A stretch of DNA of 63,509 nucleotides, filler included, from Choristocarpus tenellus KU-1152 (lineage: Eukaryota; Protista; Phaeophyceae), in the NCBI GenBank assembly GCA_964200185.2. It is 11 parts of 11 records of this genome, joined end to end, with 100 filler letters (N's around TTAATTAATTAA, not from the genome) between each part and the next. Parts side by side here need not be neighbours in the genome. Positions count along the whole stretch, not along the records: positions 49,097 to 59,947 come from CAXNAD020002668.1; positions 60,048 to 63,509 come from CAXNAD020019873.1; 9 more parts are not named here. One strand, given 5' to 3'. Below the pieces are notes generated by a model. The model searched no databases, had not been told where the DNA came from, and saw only the letters and a list, made by a program, of their open reading frames with translations. Shown one piece after another: positions 49,097 to 63,509 of the stretch (the first letter of the stretch is position 1; the number at the start of each line of letters is the position of its first letter). The translations under genes were made by a program, and so were the position numbers.

Positions 49097-49164
49097 AAAA
49101 ATCGCGACATGAAAAATTTGACCCCAAATGGACAGCCGCCACCCCCTCCCAGATACTTTGAGAC
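49097..49164 (+). mobile_element. MITE family B partial copy at contig start
   Basis: CCCCAAATGGACAGCCGCC...CAGATACTTTGAG. Confidence 0.75.
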
Positions 49165-51996
49165 ATATATCTATAATAGTACTAATTAACAATTGATCGA
49201 ATTATGATATGTGAATCAAAGTATTTTATCCCTCACTATCAGCACAGCTGCATGAAACTAGTTGTTGAGGTTGTGAGATGACTCAAATGCAGCATGTAAG
49301 AAAAAGTGGACTGAATGCAAAGGTTAAAGCTTGGACTAGGTTTATTTATGCAGTTTCAGGGTGTGTTGCTGGGTTTTAAGGGGGCCCCTGACTTTCTGGT
49401 GGCACTAGTGTTTGGAGTAATTACTCCACAACTGTGGGGTGCATTTTCCTGACTTTGTGGTTTGGCTCAGATTTCAGAAGGAAGTTATCCTTATTATCAC
49501 CCTTTCTAACATATCTCGATCTTCTTTATGCAAGGTTGAAAAGAGCTCTTAAACCTTAGTATGAAAAAATTCAAACACACACCTCTCTCATTTACTTTTG
49601 ATTCTTTCACAACCTATATACACTGTGTGCTGGTGTTGGAGTTGGCATTAGGCTTCTTTCCGTTAACAAATTTGGAGACAGGACTTTGTGAAAAGATGTC
49701 ACTTCACTTCCAACACTTGATCTGGATCAATGTTCTTTGAAATAGCTCAGGTTGGTAGGTAGACTGTGTTGCAATGAAAATATCAAATTTTAAAATTCTA
49801 GCCGTAGAAAGGGACAATGTCAAAAGGAGCACCTCATTGACTACCACAATAGATGGTAGTATGTGATGTGAGGTGATAATATTGATTAAATTCTTTAATC
49901 TTTGAACCTAAAACCTTGGTAATAGGTTGGAAGGGGTGGAAGGAAGTCCTACTTGAATATCCAGGAATCAAAATTCAGTAAGTTTCTAGTTGATTAGTAG
50001 TACTTGAGGTGCTAGTAATAAAACTTTAAAAACTTCAAAGCCTGATCAAAATTTTGTGTACAGTTGTTAGTTGATGGCAGGCTGTGTCCTTCGTGCTACT
50101 AGAAATAATTTAGTCATTAGCTAATCCTAAGAATGGAGGGGTATGGGACTCAATTGCTTGTGTACTGCAGTGATACAAAGGGTAGTTGTAGTAACACACA
50201 AGACACATGGAAACAAGAGCAAGCCAGTAACTCTGTGCTCAAGTCAATAGTATACACCACCCACATGGTTCATTCCCTGTAGGTTGTGCCAACATTTGTA
50301 CATATCTAAAGAGGGAAAAGTCCAATAAATATAATTAATACAAATTTTGAAGTTTTTTGAAGGATGATGAAGATCTCTGGTACAAGTTGGTCTCACTAAA
50401 AAGGAACATGAAGAGATCCAACAGCATATCCCCAGAATTTCTACTACATAGTAGTACATGAATGACACCAAACATATGCCCACACTCCTGGGAGCATCAG
50501 AGATATTTTCCTTTATAGTTTTCATACTAGTCATTCGTACTAGTAATTCGTGGGACTTCAATTTGTAATAGTGTTTTCGTACTTGTCATGAATGACACCG
50601 TTTATTGGGGTTTCATAGTGTTTTTGTGACAAAGTTGCAAATGCATGTCCTGACAAGTGTGTGAAGTGTATTTGGAAAATGAAAACACTTTGGGAATCTT
50701 TTGGGCCATAGATGTGGGCAGGTTCATTGAACAAGTGATCATGACAATAGGAATAGTATTACGCATGGGTGGTGTCATGAATTAGTGCAAATTAATTTTA
50801 TCTCCATCAATAAAAACTTACAGCAAAACCCAAGGGGTCGATTTTTTAGTTATTATATCTTTACTACATAGTTTGTGTGGGCCACACACTCAACCTACGT
50901 TACTAAACACTTCCATGAGTCCATGAGTCCATAAGTACGCCTGGGTGCTCTTCTGTTGGTGGGGGTGAGACCGAGATCATGAGTATGATATCGACCCATG
51001 AACTAGACATGGGACTAGAGATGCCCTCTCATGTGCAAGTAATAATGACAATGAAGGCAAGGGGTGGAAAAAAACCCAACCCAGAGTCTGACAAGATCCC
51101 AGCTGAGCTTGCCACTGAACAGTAGGAAGTGATTTTTCTGAAGTCATGGGCAACAATGACGCCCGCTAGGTGAAGTGCTGACATATGGCCCTCTTTTGAG
51201 TGCATACACATGGGAGAACGTTCAATTGAGCTGTCTACTCAATCTCTCTGGAGAAAAGGGATTGCTCTTCTATAGGCGATTTACTCAGGTTTATTCAAAG
51301 TCTACAATGATCCCAAGAAGTAACCTCCAGAGCTCCTAGCCCAGGCACAAGAAGTCTATTATGATTTGAAATAGGGTGGGAAAAGGGAAGGAGCTGGGCT
51401 GGGCAGTCAGCCACATTCACTCTTTTTTCAAGGCCAAAGCATCAGAGTGGGCTACTCCCCACTGTGGCTTCTATTTGTATATCATAGTCTCAGACGGAAC
51501 AAGGTAGTGTGTTGAGTATCCGTATATCATGAGTTATGGTATGGAAAGAGAAACAAATGAGTGTAAATACAGAGATGTTCACCTCTGGCAGGGCCACTCA
51601 CCAGGAGATGGACACAATTCTCCTGTGGTTCTTGTGTGCATTTTGTTGATAGTGAAGTACAGATAAGGTCTTGTTGATGAGGTCTTCAGTCATTTTATCT
51701 TGTTTGCACACAATTCTTTTGGTTTCACAATACTGCACATGTGGCCTTTGCACATGGGTGAATCATCTGCCGTTGTCACATGAAAGTTAACATTGAAGCT
51801 TGTGATTTATGATAGAAAACAAACTACCTTCTCCACATCAAACACGCGCCAGAGTTAAGGCTCTACAATATTACTTTGCAGAGCATAGCACAGCTATCAA
51901 AAATGCACACCTACCTCCTTTTTGGTGTGAGATGGAGAGTACTGTTTTGTTTTATATTGACTTTATAGACTATAGACGCATGCTTACCATCACTCC

Positions 51997-52060
51997 CAAA
52001 TGAAACCAATGTCAAATGAAACCAATGTCAAATGAAACCAATGTCAAATGAAACCAATGT
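51997..52060. repeat. 16-bp tandem repeat x4 (CAAATGAAACCAATGT)
   Basis: Four perfect copies. Confidence 0.9.
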
Positions 52061-53439
52061 CCCTGGGTGACTGGCTGTGTAGCTGTATGTGGTTGCTATG
52101 GTGCCCTACACCACACATCACACATCACACAAGCTGTGCGATCCTTCAAAAAAATCTAGTAGAACCATTTTGATTATAATATAAGAAAATCCTAACTCTT
52201 CAAAACCAGAGAGATAGCAGGGAAGAGGGGTGGTATGATAATAGCTACAGATATCCTCCGCTTTGCATCTAGCAATAGCTGCTAATATCTTTGTACAAAC
52301 ACTGTTAGATCCTCCACAGCATGGTCTAGAAAGGTTTTCTAAGCTCTAAGAAGTTTGGAGTGCAGATTTCAAGTTTGTTTAATGAGACACAATGCCTTAG
52401 GACTAAACGGAGTCCTTGCACCTTGTTTGTCAACCTTGTTTGTACCTCATCAGGCTCCAAATTTTCCACATCAAACTGGTCGTTCACTATTTGTAAAGAT
52501 CCACCAGCAGTCAGACTTTTTCTCACAGGTTCTGTTCTTTTTTGGATCCTGAACTACCAACATACCACATTTGCATAAATCACTCATAGTCATCATAGAG
52601 TACTGGCTTGCATATTTGGATGATTTGTCCTTTTCATGTAGCCCCCCTTGTTGAGGATATGCAAATATCTAAAGGTAACACTGTGAGTTTGTGTCAATCC
52701 TCAACCAGGAAAGCTGGATGTTGAGAGTAAATCATCCTGATATTCCAGATCAGAACCCCACTCTTTACTGACTATGGCCAAAAGATGCCATATCGGTGCG
52801 TTGGCAATTCAAGATCTCATCAAAACAATGAAAAATATCTGTCTTCTGTTATGATGTTTAAAAATACTGAACGGTCAGCCTAGGTTGAAATTTGAAATTT
52901 GAAAGGTCTACCAGTTAGTGACAAGCAACGTGAAAAACCCAAGGTGAATGAGTGTGTGAAAGTATAACTTCAGTTTAGAGGACTTCTCAGAGACTACGGG
53001 ATAAGAGGATGTACAATGTATATATAGTATATACTCCCTGTCTCTTAAGTGTGCAAAATTTTGAATTTCACTTTTTGTTTTGACCTTTTTTTGACTAATA
53101 CAAATACTTTCCTGTTCATCTATGTCTCAAATTGAAGATATGGATAAAACTGTTCAGAGGAGATTTCTGGTTTTTGCATTTTGTTCCGAAATAGTTCTGA
53201 ATCTGTTTTGAGAAGTGGAATCGAAAATACCGTCCCTTTCGGTCCCATATTCAGTGGCTGCACTAAGGCTAGTAGCGGGTGCAACGCCCCCCCATCATTA
53301 TACAACACATCAGCACCTTGCCATCATTACACCTCGCCAAGACCCATACGACTCTTGCTTAGCCTCCAGACCATGTGTGACATGCGTCCCGTAGCCAGGG
53401 TGGTCACTTCGGCGAGTCTGCCATCTTTTGCCAGGAGCC

Positions 53440-54560
53440 CATCAACCTGGGTTAAAAATTGTGAGTTGAGCGAGGAAGGTCAAAACACGCTGGTCATATG
53501 CTACACTTTAGCACTACCTCCAAGTAAGAAATGGCTTCCGAAAGGCATAGGACCGAGCACAGCGGTTTGGAGTTGTTGGCGAACAACATCCGAGACAACT
53601 ATGTGTGCATGTACATGAACAGTTGGACAATGGCATTACACTTTCGCTGAAATGAGCATCACAAAGCAGGTGGGTCATTGAACCCTGACCCTTGATCAGC
53701 TGTCTGTCAAGCTAGATGAAGTCGGTCTTGTAGACAGACGCCAGGTCAAAGCTAAAGTGATGGCCCAAAGTGACAGTCGCAATGAAGGTGAAATGGCACA
53801 TTACTCCGAGCCTGTGACTGACTTATTGGAAGAACCGGGTAGATCTCATCCTTGACCAAGCAGCAAGGAAACACATCAATTATAGAAGTGGCCTCAGCGT
53901 GATTCATATTGACAAAGCATGGTTACACCTCATCCGCAACAGGGAGCACATCCGCATGTTCTCCGGGGAGGAAAGGGTGGACTCCACCAAGGTTTATCAC
54001 AAGAGTCATGTTCCTCAGGCGATGTTCATCTGCGCTGTTTTGCACCCTGACACAAGAGTCCTTCCCACGATTTCAACAGAAAGATTGCAATCTGGTGTGT
54101 TTGTGTGATCAACCAGGCACAGAGAAATTTGGTCCACCCAGAGATGGGGCAGCAGTACAACTTTGATGTGACCATTGACATTGACATTGACATTGATTGA
54201 GATCAACACTGAGTGGTACTGGGAGTGTTACGTGGAGACTTTCTCCCTGCATTAAAGGAAAAATGCCGTGGTTGGAGGGTGAGGAGATTGTTGCACAGCA
54301 GGACAGAGCGACCCCCCATATGGGAAAAGACATGCTATGGAAGTTCACTAAAGCCGGGAGGGAGGGGGGGTGGAACATCAAGCTCATAACACAGCCTGCA
54401 CAGTCACCTGATCCCAATATCAACGATTTGGAGTTCTTGCATCCCTAGAAAATAGAGTTTAGAGGAAGTTCTACTTTACGATAGATGACCTTGTGAAGGG
54501 GTAAAGAGTAAAGAGCATGTATGGTGCACATAACATTGCTACTTAAGAGAGTACGTGAGT
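53440..54560 (+). mobile_element. Tc1/mariner transposase pseudogene
   Basis: IHIDKAWL (first Asp), HKSHVPQAMFICAV, KMPWL..IVAQQDRATPH and ITQPAQSPDPNINDL, with multiple frameshifts. The 5' boundary is approximate. Confidence 0.88.
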
Positions 54561-57500
54561 AAGAAATGGCAGTAATGTGAGGGAAGTTCGCCGAAATCGG
54601 TCAGAATCGACAGAGGAGCTTTCATTGCGGTGTGGATTAGTGGATTCTTGATGGGTACAATGAAAGTGACAAATTATGATTTTCACATAAAAAACATCAA
54701 GGAATCCAACATAAACATCCGTTTTTTCATCAGAGGTCATCTCAAGACATATTGTTCCTGCCATTCTGTGTTTGATCAAAGGCGATGGAGTGTTCACATC
54801 AGTAACATTTTTTCCTGTTTTTTGGTGTTGGTCATGCTGTGTAGTGTTTCTGCTGGGCGAAGACTATTTTGATTGGTGTCAAAATAATAATAAGTGATGC
54901 TTGTACTCTGAAATTGAGAGTGTACAAGGACAGAGATTGAGAGCTCTGGGGGAGGGTGTTTGCAGCGCTGCCATCAACTGGCACAACAGAAAAGGAAGCC
55001 GATGAAGGTGCCAAAGAAATTCTGTATGTGCAGCCATTAGTGATGCAGAGATATGGTACGCAATCAATAATCCCTCAATGAGTTATGCTTGGTTTGTGGG
55101 AGGCTCCAGTTCCCCATTTCCTTCCAAAAAAACTAGTCATCCTTTGTTTGCCATGTGAGCTTCTACTGTACCCTTCCAATCCATTGTGACCATGCCGAGG
55201 GTCATGTTTTTGAAGCACACACTTCAGTCAAGTTGGGTCTGTGTCAAGTCGTGACAATATTAGTCAAGTCACATTGTAAGAAGTTATATATGTATGTATG
55301 TATAAAAAAGAAGTTATGTACAAGATTATTGGAGCAACACTGAGCGCAATGTTGGTGAGAGGTGTTGCGCTTGACTGAAGGAACTTCACACAACAGAGTA
55401 TTACCATAGGACAGACAGTAAGCTCATTGGATGGCAGTAACCTATCATAGTGCATCTATGAAGAACTGTAAGCTTAGCTACCCAGGGCGGCACTTACACT
55501 TGCTCTCTCTTGCAACTGCAAGGACAACAATGTAACATGCTCTTACAACATGATCTACGACCTCTAATATGAGTTGGTGCTCAACCTGGGTGGCTCCACT
55601 AACAGATGAACTATAGTGCTGAAACCACTTTAAGGAAGCAGATAACTCCTCAAAACATTGGGTGACCAGAACCATTATGGTCATGTATAATCGGGACAGA
55701 TGCCACAAGCTCATGTGTGTGTGCGTTGGAATATAAATTATTGTTGGACGGACCCTGTGGATTGAACCACACTCATGATATCAAATTCTCAGTACTTGAG
55801 TCGCTGGAACAGGAGTTTGTTCCAGGAAGCGGCCCTTCCACACCTTTTTCGTGCCCCCTCATACATGTATTGTAAACCAACTATTGAATATCTGTAACTT
55901 ACCGTGCACTAACTCTACCCTAACTACCCTCACGCATCTGCTCGCTCCCATACCCCTGACTCAATTTCTTAAGAGATCTCCCCCCTAAAAATACAACACC
56001 CGATGGATTGGGCAAGCTTGTATTGGTTCTAATTCATTGCTATTATGGACTCTCTCCCATGTCACCCATGTCTCTCTCTATCATGTCATCTCTTGTGCTC
56101 ACACCACCAGTACTTACATCACATTTTGCTATTTTGTTAGTGCTTATGCCATTTGTACAATCCCCCCATATGATCTATCGACTCCCCCTTGCGCTTGCTC
56201 TACCTAGCTCTACACCAACCATGCAATGCGTAGTATGCCTCATCTTCTGTTCCATACGCCTGCTTACCTTCCTCTTGTGTCATATGCTCTCGGAATAATA
56301 TTCCGCAACTGCTCTACAAGAGTATTGCACTCTACTATAGCGTCACAAGGGCACATATTTCATGCAGCATTTAAAGCCCAACCTACAAGCAGTTACATGC
56401 CACAGAGAGTTATAGGGAGATGAAAAAGAGCAGCGGTATCTTGACATTGTCAATTATGAGGTGCTTGGTTTCAGATACCATAGAACAAAAAGGTACACAC
56501 CCCACAACTTCAATGTCACTGCCATTAATTGCCTCTCCCTTGTGCGCCTAGGCCACTCTGATTGCAGCACAAACTGTATCCTGACACCTCTCACCTATCT
56601 ATCGTACACGGGAACATGCATGCCATGACCAGGGTGGTCACTCCTGGAGGGGTTCATTTATTTATTGGTTAGGTTATGTTTCCCCTGGTGAAAAACACTG
56701 CACCATGACATACAGGTCCTTGCAGAACCGAATTAAATGTCCCCACTAGACACTTGAATAGTGGTTTGTTCCCCTATGACTAAATTACTAAAGTCAGCCT
56801 AAGCGGAGCTGAGTGACCTTATTGTAAATTTGGATGGCTGAAAAACTCTAGTTCATACTTGTATCTGACTGTGGAGCTGACAATGCGGAGGAAAACATGG
56901 TTGCTAGGCGTCCTGGATGGCACCTTGATTTTTGCACTCTCACTCTCCTTTTCACCACATCTTGTCGCCATGGGAAAATGAATTTAATGCACAGTCACAT
57001 ACTTCGTTTTGGTGAGTCTTACTGGTAGACTCAAGGTTCCTTGACAAGCCTTCCGTCTTCCCGTTTGAGCCGGGACAAACACTACCATTCCAAAGCATGG
57101 TCATCTGTATCAGCAATAGAGAGCTCAGTTTCTGTCAGCACCGGAGGGTCTGATAACCACATCAGCTTTGAAATCCACCAAAGCAGACTGGTTCACATTT
57201 TCACAGGTCTCAACAAAAGTGCAGCCAGGGAGTACTTATGGCCGAACAATACTGCAAGCTGCAGCAGTGGCCTTCACTCCCCATGACCTTATACCCAATC
57301 CCATAGCAAAACTGCCACTCTTACCTCAATCTCCAGTAGTTGAGGAAAGGCAGGGAGTTGCTAGGTAGTTGTCAATGTGGGGAACACATGTTGAGATCAA
57401 ATTATCTATATTGTACTTGTGAGTGGCACCTGCACAGGCACACATGATAGAGCTGTACCTCTTTCTGAAGCCTCTTGGGAATGTCTTGAGAAGGGGACAA

Positions 57501-60500
57501 GGACTCATAGAGAGCCACCAAAACCTCTGATGCCAAGTATTGAAATACCACTGTTACCTGTTACCTGTTATTGTTCCACAAGGGTAGATATTCGTGCAAT
57601 TTTTTTCCCCAGTGGTCTTCAGTTGGGTCTAATTATTGGCCAAGCTGTTGCAATGGATATGATGTGGCCTTACTAAGCCATTAGCTAAGGCTGAGGATGA
57701 TTGGACTAGCTATTCTCGAGTACTATCCAAAATCAAGCAGGGGGTGGTAGTATTTTAGTGAGATTAAACTGAAAACCTGCATACAAGGCTTCCACCAAGT
57801 TGAAAAAGGTCCTAATTGAAATATTTGATTGCAAATATTGACTTGGGCCATGTGGAAGAAAGAAGAAACATGTGTGAGAATGTATCCAATGAACGTAACT
57901 ATCTGTATTCCTTGCAACAAAGGTCTTCCTACACAACAGTTACTTGTGTTCTATATCCTACTTCTAAGATACACAAGAAAGAAATTGAGATGATACACCT
58001 AGACTAGCACTAGGAACGCGATCTGGAAATAAAGGAAGAATCCCAAGAGTCAACAAAGCCCCACCTGGTCCACCAGCCCAGTATCTCCAGCTCACACTGT
58101 ATGATGCATTGTGCATGACCACGATTACTATCACAAATTTTCACAGCTACACCTTCACAGCACTCTTCCTACTAAACTACGGACCTCTCAAGTCCTCTAT
58201 GTGAGTCACTATGCCATCCATCTGTACACGTTGCCCAGTCAATTCATAGTATGCTGCTCTACATGTTCTTAAGGGTAAGTGCGTGCGTACCTAGTGTGAA
58301 CATACTCTCTGTTTCTTGAATATATATGTTTGTGTATACTGCCAAGGGCATGAGGGAGATTTGAAAATGGTGAGCATCACCTGGTTCAAATTGATGCAGA
58401 GAACGAGTATAAGAACCTAGATCACTGCCTGTGGGATACCAGAGACCACATGCTGCAAATTCTGCCAACAATTGAGAAGGAGATCCTTAGTCATAACCTC
58501 CAGGGTCCCTGGTACTATATGTCTAACACAGTAACAGAGAACAATCAGCAGAGCCTCAGTCATTGCCTGTGGGATCCCAAGGTCCATGTGTTGCAGAGAG
58601 CAAGTAGCCAACACTGTGTAAAGAGATCATGTGCGGAGCGTAAAGGATCACACAGTGTATAGTGTAAAGAGCTTATCGTTTTGAGAGTTGCAGAGAACAA
58701 GCAGCAGAAACTTGATTGTCACATGCACATTGATGTAAAGGGAGAACGTTCGTTGTCAGCTGTGAGATGGACGGAGCCACAAAGAGCAAAGGGTGTGAAC
58801 AAGAAGCAGTATGAAAGTCTTTACGTGCGATGGCACTGGTACCACAAAGAACAGTACCATAGCCCCTCACCCTCTTGCCCTTGCACACAAAGAACACGCT
58901 AATTGCGCTACGCTCGACACCCACATCTCATAGCTCATCCATAGCTTCTCGACCATCTGCACACAGTTGCGAGGGGCCTAGACCTCCACAATTTATGGTT
59001 AAGAGTTGTTTCTGAAATTTGTAAATGTGTATGTTTTTGATGTAAACAAAAAACTTCAACTTTTTGTGTTTGACGCGATCTGCACCTGAGATGTTGGGGC
59101 TCTCGCCTTCCGTTACCTTGCAGATATTTTGTAAGAAATTAGAAGCGTATCGAATATCGAATATGGTCAGCTAGAGGATATCCTCTAAATTGTAATTGAA
59201 TAAATAACAGATGTGAATGTAGGTGAAGTACTAGTAGACCTGGGCAGTTTTAATTTGATGCAAGTGGAACAAAGGTAATGCATGTATATGCATAGCGCCC
59301 CCACAGTACGTCAGTGAAAAATTAACAACAGGGCAATGAAAAATGGGATGGTCGAGGTCAATGCATGAGAGGCAAGGAATGACCAGGGTCGTGTAATTTC
59401 TTACTGTGTAACAGTTCACAATTTGTGACAATTAGTGCAATTGTGTAGTACCACAGGTCAGGCTAGCATAGTCGCAGCCAAAAGTGAAGATAATAGTAAG
59501 ATTTTTTCTTTATGGGAGAGAAGAGAGATGGGCTACAATGGTGTTGTGAGAGATGTGCAATACTGCTGTGCAAGAGGAAGAGGTCCAACAGCAAGCAGAT
59601 GGCAGCAAGTAACTAGAGCAACATGCTGCTCAGGGATATTCCTGCTCCTTTGTTTGACTTCCTGATGTGTTCCTGTTGCGTGGTGAATGTGAAACTGATC
59701 TGATTTTGAAGTATGCTCGAAAGTAGAGTATAATACGGAGTATCTCTTTGCATTTCTTACAAGCTCGGAACAATGGGTGTAGTCACACTGTCACTTGACC
59801 AAGGGACTGTGTGCCAGTGCAAACTTGGACACGGGACATTGGGTGCAAGTTGAAGACCCATGCCTAATACCCTCACAAGACGGTTGAGACAATAGACCAG
59901 AAGGTGCTTTGGTCTGTATGGGCAAGGCGTAGGTAGGGTCACTACCTNNNNNNNNNNNNNNNNNNNNNNNNNNNNNNNNNNNNNNNNNNNNTTAATTAAT
60001 TAANNNNNNNNNNNNNNNNNNNNNNNNNNNNNNNNNNNNNNNNNNNNGATGTCCAATTGATGCATGACCTACCATCACTACTGGCTTGGAACGTCCTGCC
60101 AGAAACGCTTGTAGAGTCCAAGTACTGACAAGTATTGACCTGAGGTGTACCTTTTCTTTGGAAGAGAGATCTAATTATTTCATGCTGCAACGTACAGAGC
60201 ACTCAGCATTAACATACCACCACGTTTGCTTTACATCAACCTCGCCCCCAGAAGGAATCCCATTGTGCACAAGCCCACAACAAGAAGCGTATTGCCTGCT
60301 CCCAAGGCGACCAACCTAGAGTAATATTGGTGGAGGGGTTGTCCTGAGAGGACTCGTGGGTAGGAAGGGGGTTGTCCGCGGAAGTAAATGACCACTGTTT
60401 CGGAACCCCACCCACACTATGGAAACCGTAACTGACTTGACTTCGAAACTCCATCCCAATCCTAAATTTGATCGTTTTGGTCACTGCAAGGTAGGGGGCT

Positions 60501-61824
60501 TCTTCACAAATTTGACGATGATCGCATTTGCCGGATACAGACATCTCCTGCCCCCCTTCGATCGACAAAGATTACATGTTATATATGCTTCGAAGTACAT
60601 ACTCATAGGGCTAATCATATTACACACTATCCTGAAGTCTGTAAGAAATACCAATTTTTTATTTTCTCCTCTTACACGCCATTCCCACGAACCATATATA
60701 ACACATACTGACACCTCATGAGTATATATATTTTGGTGAGGAAGGGGTACCTCAGTTCTACAGTGTATCATTATGTATGAACAAGAGCAACAGTGTTGTC
60801 TTTCAATCCCTTGAGTTGGATGTATACAAAAAACGTATAATGTGTGTGCTTGGTTGGAAATTGCAAGAATCGGGCCCTCTATATTGCACCTATTATATGT
60901 TACATACACCAAATATTGAAATTTCTGTATTGGACTTGTGCTTGAGACGATTTCCCAGAGATAAGATGGTGTAGCAAGGGTATATATCACACCCCGAAGG
61001 AGGTGTTGTTCTTGTTTGAGTGAAGTGTGAAATAAACCATACAGAGCAAATGGCATGGGGTGTTGCCTTGGACAATATATTTCATAGGGCAAAGGAGCTC
61101 TAGTGTTTGCTGGACAACCTCATTAGAGAGCAAATGGTGACGACTCTTGCCTTGACAATAGATATTAGGTTTGACTTCAATTCGTGCTAGACCATGGACA
61201 CGTCGTAGAGCAAATGGACCCAGACTACCATATTATGAAGAACGGGCCCTTTGGAGCAACTGATCTTACGACGTTATTGTAGATAATGACCAGAATGGGC
61301 AGTTCATGCAACTATGAAAACATCAATATGGAATACTCTCACTATTTGTCTATCATATTTTACCTATTACTATTGTAAGACACAAGATGAGAACTTGGAA
61401 TGGAGCTCTATATCGTAAATTGAAAAAGGTATTCGGTACCACTGTTCAGCAGCCCTCGGAATGGTCGTTGCCTAAGCCACGACATACCCATATACCCTCT
61501 CCTCTCCCTGTGTACCCACTCCAATGTACGGGTGGATGACTGGGGGCAATACAAGCCATCTAGAGCTGCAAGAAAGGAAGAGCAAACATCTCTTCAGCAG
61601 TGATGCGGTCTTCTGGGCTGGCCACAAGTGTCTGCAAAATATTGTATCAGCAAGGTTTAGAAGGGTGAAAAAGAGAGGAGAATTCATCATTGCTGTTGGA
61701 TGTGAACGAAAAGGTCAGACACTAGTGAGGTTATCATTGACAAAAATATTTTTGTTGTAGAGGGGAAGGGTGAGAATTGTTTCGGGAAGCTGGCAGCTCA
61801 TAGGGAGACATAGTCCATCGATAT

Positions 61825-62083
61825 AAGTGAAGTATCTTGGAGGGTACAAGTTTTTCCCTGTGTGTCCATTTAGGCTTGACTTCCTTCGGATTTTTTATTA
61901 CATTTGATGTACTCCAAAATGTTTCGGAGTATCTAAAATGTATACGTTATGAGAAGGTGTGATCGGAAAAAGGATATTGACATCTCCTAACAAACATGAT
62001 CGCCAAAATTACATAAAAAAATTGCAACATTGGATTTTGGACCCCAAATGGACATGGCTCTACCAAGTAAGATACTTTGACTC
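61825..62083 (+). mobile_element. MITE family A copy (259 bp)
   Basis: Colinear with the other copies; flanked by TAT/TAT. Confidence 0.88.
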
Positions 62084-63256
62084 TATATGTAAAAGGAAAA
62101 AGCACATTATCTGAGGAAGAGGTATTTCACAGTACCGTGTGCGTTCAGTGGTTTCATCTCTGATCACACACGCACAAATATACACAAGCACACACATACG
62201 CAACAGACGGAATGATTGGCTACCTCCCTCAGCATCTAGAAAGCATGGAACACAAGCAAAATCCGATCAGAGAGACTCCTATCCCTTCACCAAGTCATAT
62301 GCACGGTTTGATGTCTCAATTGCATAGAGTTCTAGACATTCATACTGTCAAGATCATCACCTTGTGGATCAACATAGCCAGTTCATATGACATGCTATCC
62401 GGCAGGATGTAGAGCCCTGCCTGAACGCGGAAGAGGTGCAGTAGCTCCCTCTGCATAACGATGAAGAAGCAAGTGGGTCGTCAAGTCTTAATCACCATCA
62501 TGGTTTACACGAAGTATCGTCGGCACAAGAGCCAGTTCGTATGGACAAGGTGATGGATTTTGGACTGAACGTTCACAGTGACAAAATTGTTGGTCGTCTG
62601 GGGATATACACACCTCACTCGGTGTAAAGGTATTTAGGTGACTCACCATGATTTGACAAGATTCAGAGAAGTCTTCGAGCAACTCACACTACTCTTGTGG
62701 GTATGTAACAGGAACTCCACTATATGGAAGAGCTAATCCTGACACAAATCACATCCTATGTTAATGAGAATGGCCCTATTGCATGTAACCCTATACTATG
62801 ATGTGTAGAGGAATGTGTTGACATAGTATTCGCACTGTATACAGCCACCTCCATAAAACCCCAATGATGTCCTACACACTACATAATATAGGGGTGGGTG
62901 CTGGGCAAACTTGAATACAGTAATACAAATGTCGATGGGAAATAGCAATAGCACTAGTATACCATCCTTATGATCTCGAAGCCCTGGTAGAGCACCTTGC
63001 CATACACAACTGACAGAGTGGACGACAAAAAATAGCAAATGGTGGTCAAAGTTGAAATTTGGGGACAGAGAAATCAACCATTTGGCAACAGCACTAGAAC
63101 GCCCAATCTCTCTGGAATTTGATTGCAATGTGCTCAGGTACACGGGCAGTTGCCACGAGTCGCCAATGCTTCACACATCAGTAGGGCAGAGTGCGATACC
63201 TGTGCCCAGCGCTTCTAATTGCCTCCTCTTGCCCTAGAGTTGAGAAGAAATTCAAC

Positions 63257-63509
63257 GAGTGAAAGTATCTTGGAGGATACGAGTCTTTCCCCGTTTGACC
63301 ATTTGGGACTTGACTTTCCATGTGTTTTCAATGACATTTTACCTACTTCAAAATATTTTGGAGTATATAAAGTGTTATTGTGATGAAAAGGTGTGTCCGG
63401 AACAAGGATATTGACATCTGCTAACGAACATGATAGCCAAAATTACATCAGAATTGCAACATCGGATTTTGGCCCCCAAATGGACGCGGCTCTACCCTCT
63501 AAGGTACTT
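63257..63509 (+). mobile_element. MITE family A copy (right TIR cut by the window end)
   Basis: Colinear with the other copies. Confidence 0.88.

Noticed and set aside
62488-62682. EDFSE resembling a DF(A/S)EN transposase motif
   Set aside because: The expected downstream motifs are absent; probably chance.
44100-63250. Numerous 60-200 aa ORFs in the last contigs
   Set aside because: Apart from the mariner remnant, they show no recognisable domains or consistent splice chains. No rRNA or tRNA genes were recognised anywhere in the window.

Overview
Eukaryotic nuclear DNA, most likely from an ochrophyte or brown-alga-like stramenopile (inferred from kb-long GT-AG introns, a bipartite plastid-type leader and the TE types present). 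The window is not contiguous: it is 11 contigs joined by 100-nt N44-TTAATTAATTAA-N44 linkers. It holds (1) the 5' four exons of an ATP-grasp ligase gene (13352-16904), (2) eight in-phase exons of a strawberry notch (SBNO) homologue (18820-31248), (3) a frameshifted XK-related scramblase segment on a contig whose two ends are identical over 118 bp, (4) decayed Ty3/Gypsy, mariner and piggyBac-like remnants, (5) four families of short TIR elements (MITEs), and (6) intronic minisatellites. The most striking signal is short telomere-type TTAGGG/CCCTAA tracts in both orientations, dense in the introns of the two intact genes and nearly absent from about 32 kb of TE-rich contigs. Two different MITE families give apparent before/after pairs: only the copy in genic DNA carries telomeric hexamers, added at telomere-like seed sites. 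This suggests an active, possibly transcription-linked process that writes telomeric repeats into genes. The mechanism is inference; all alignments and counts were done by eye.
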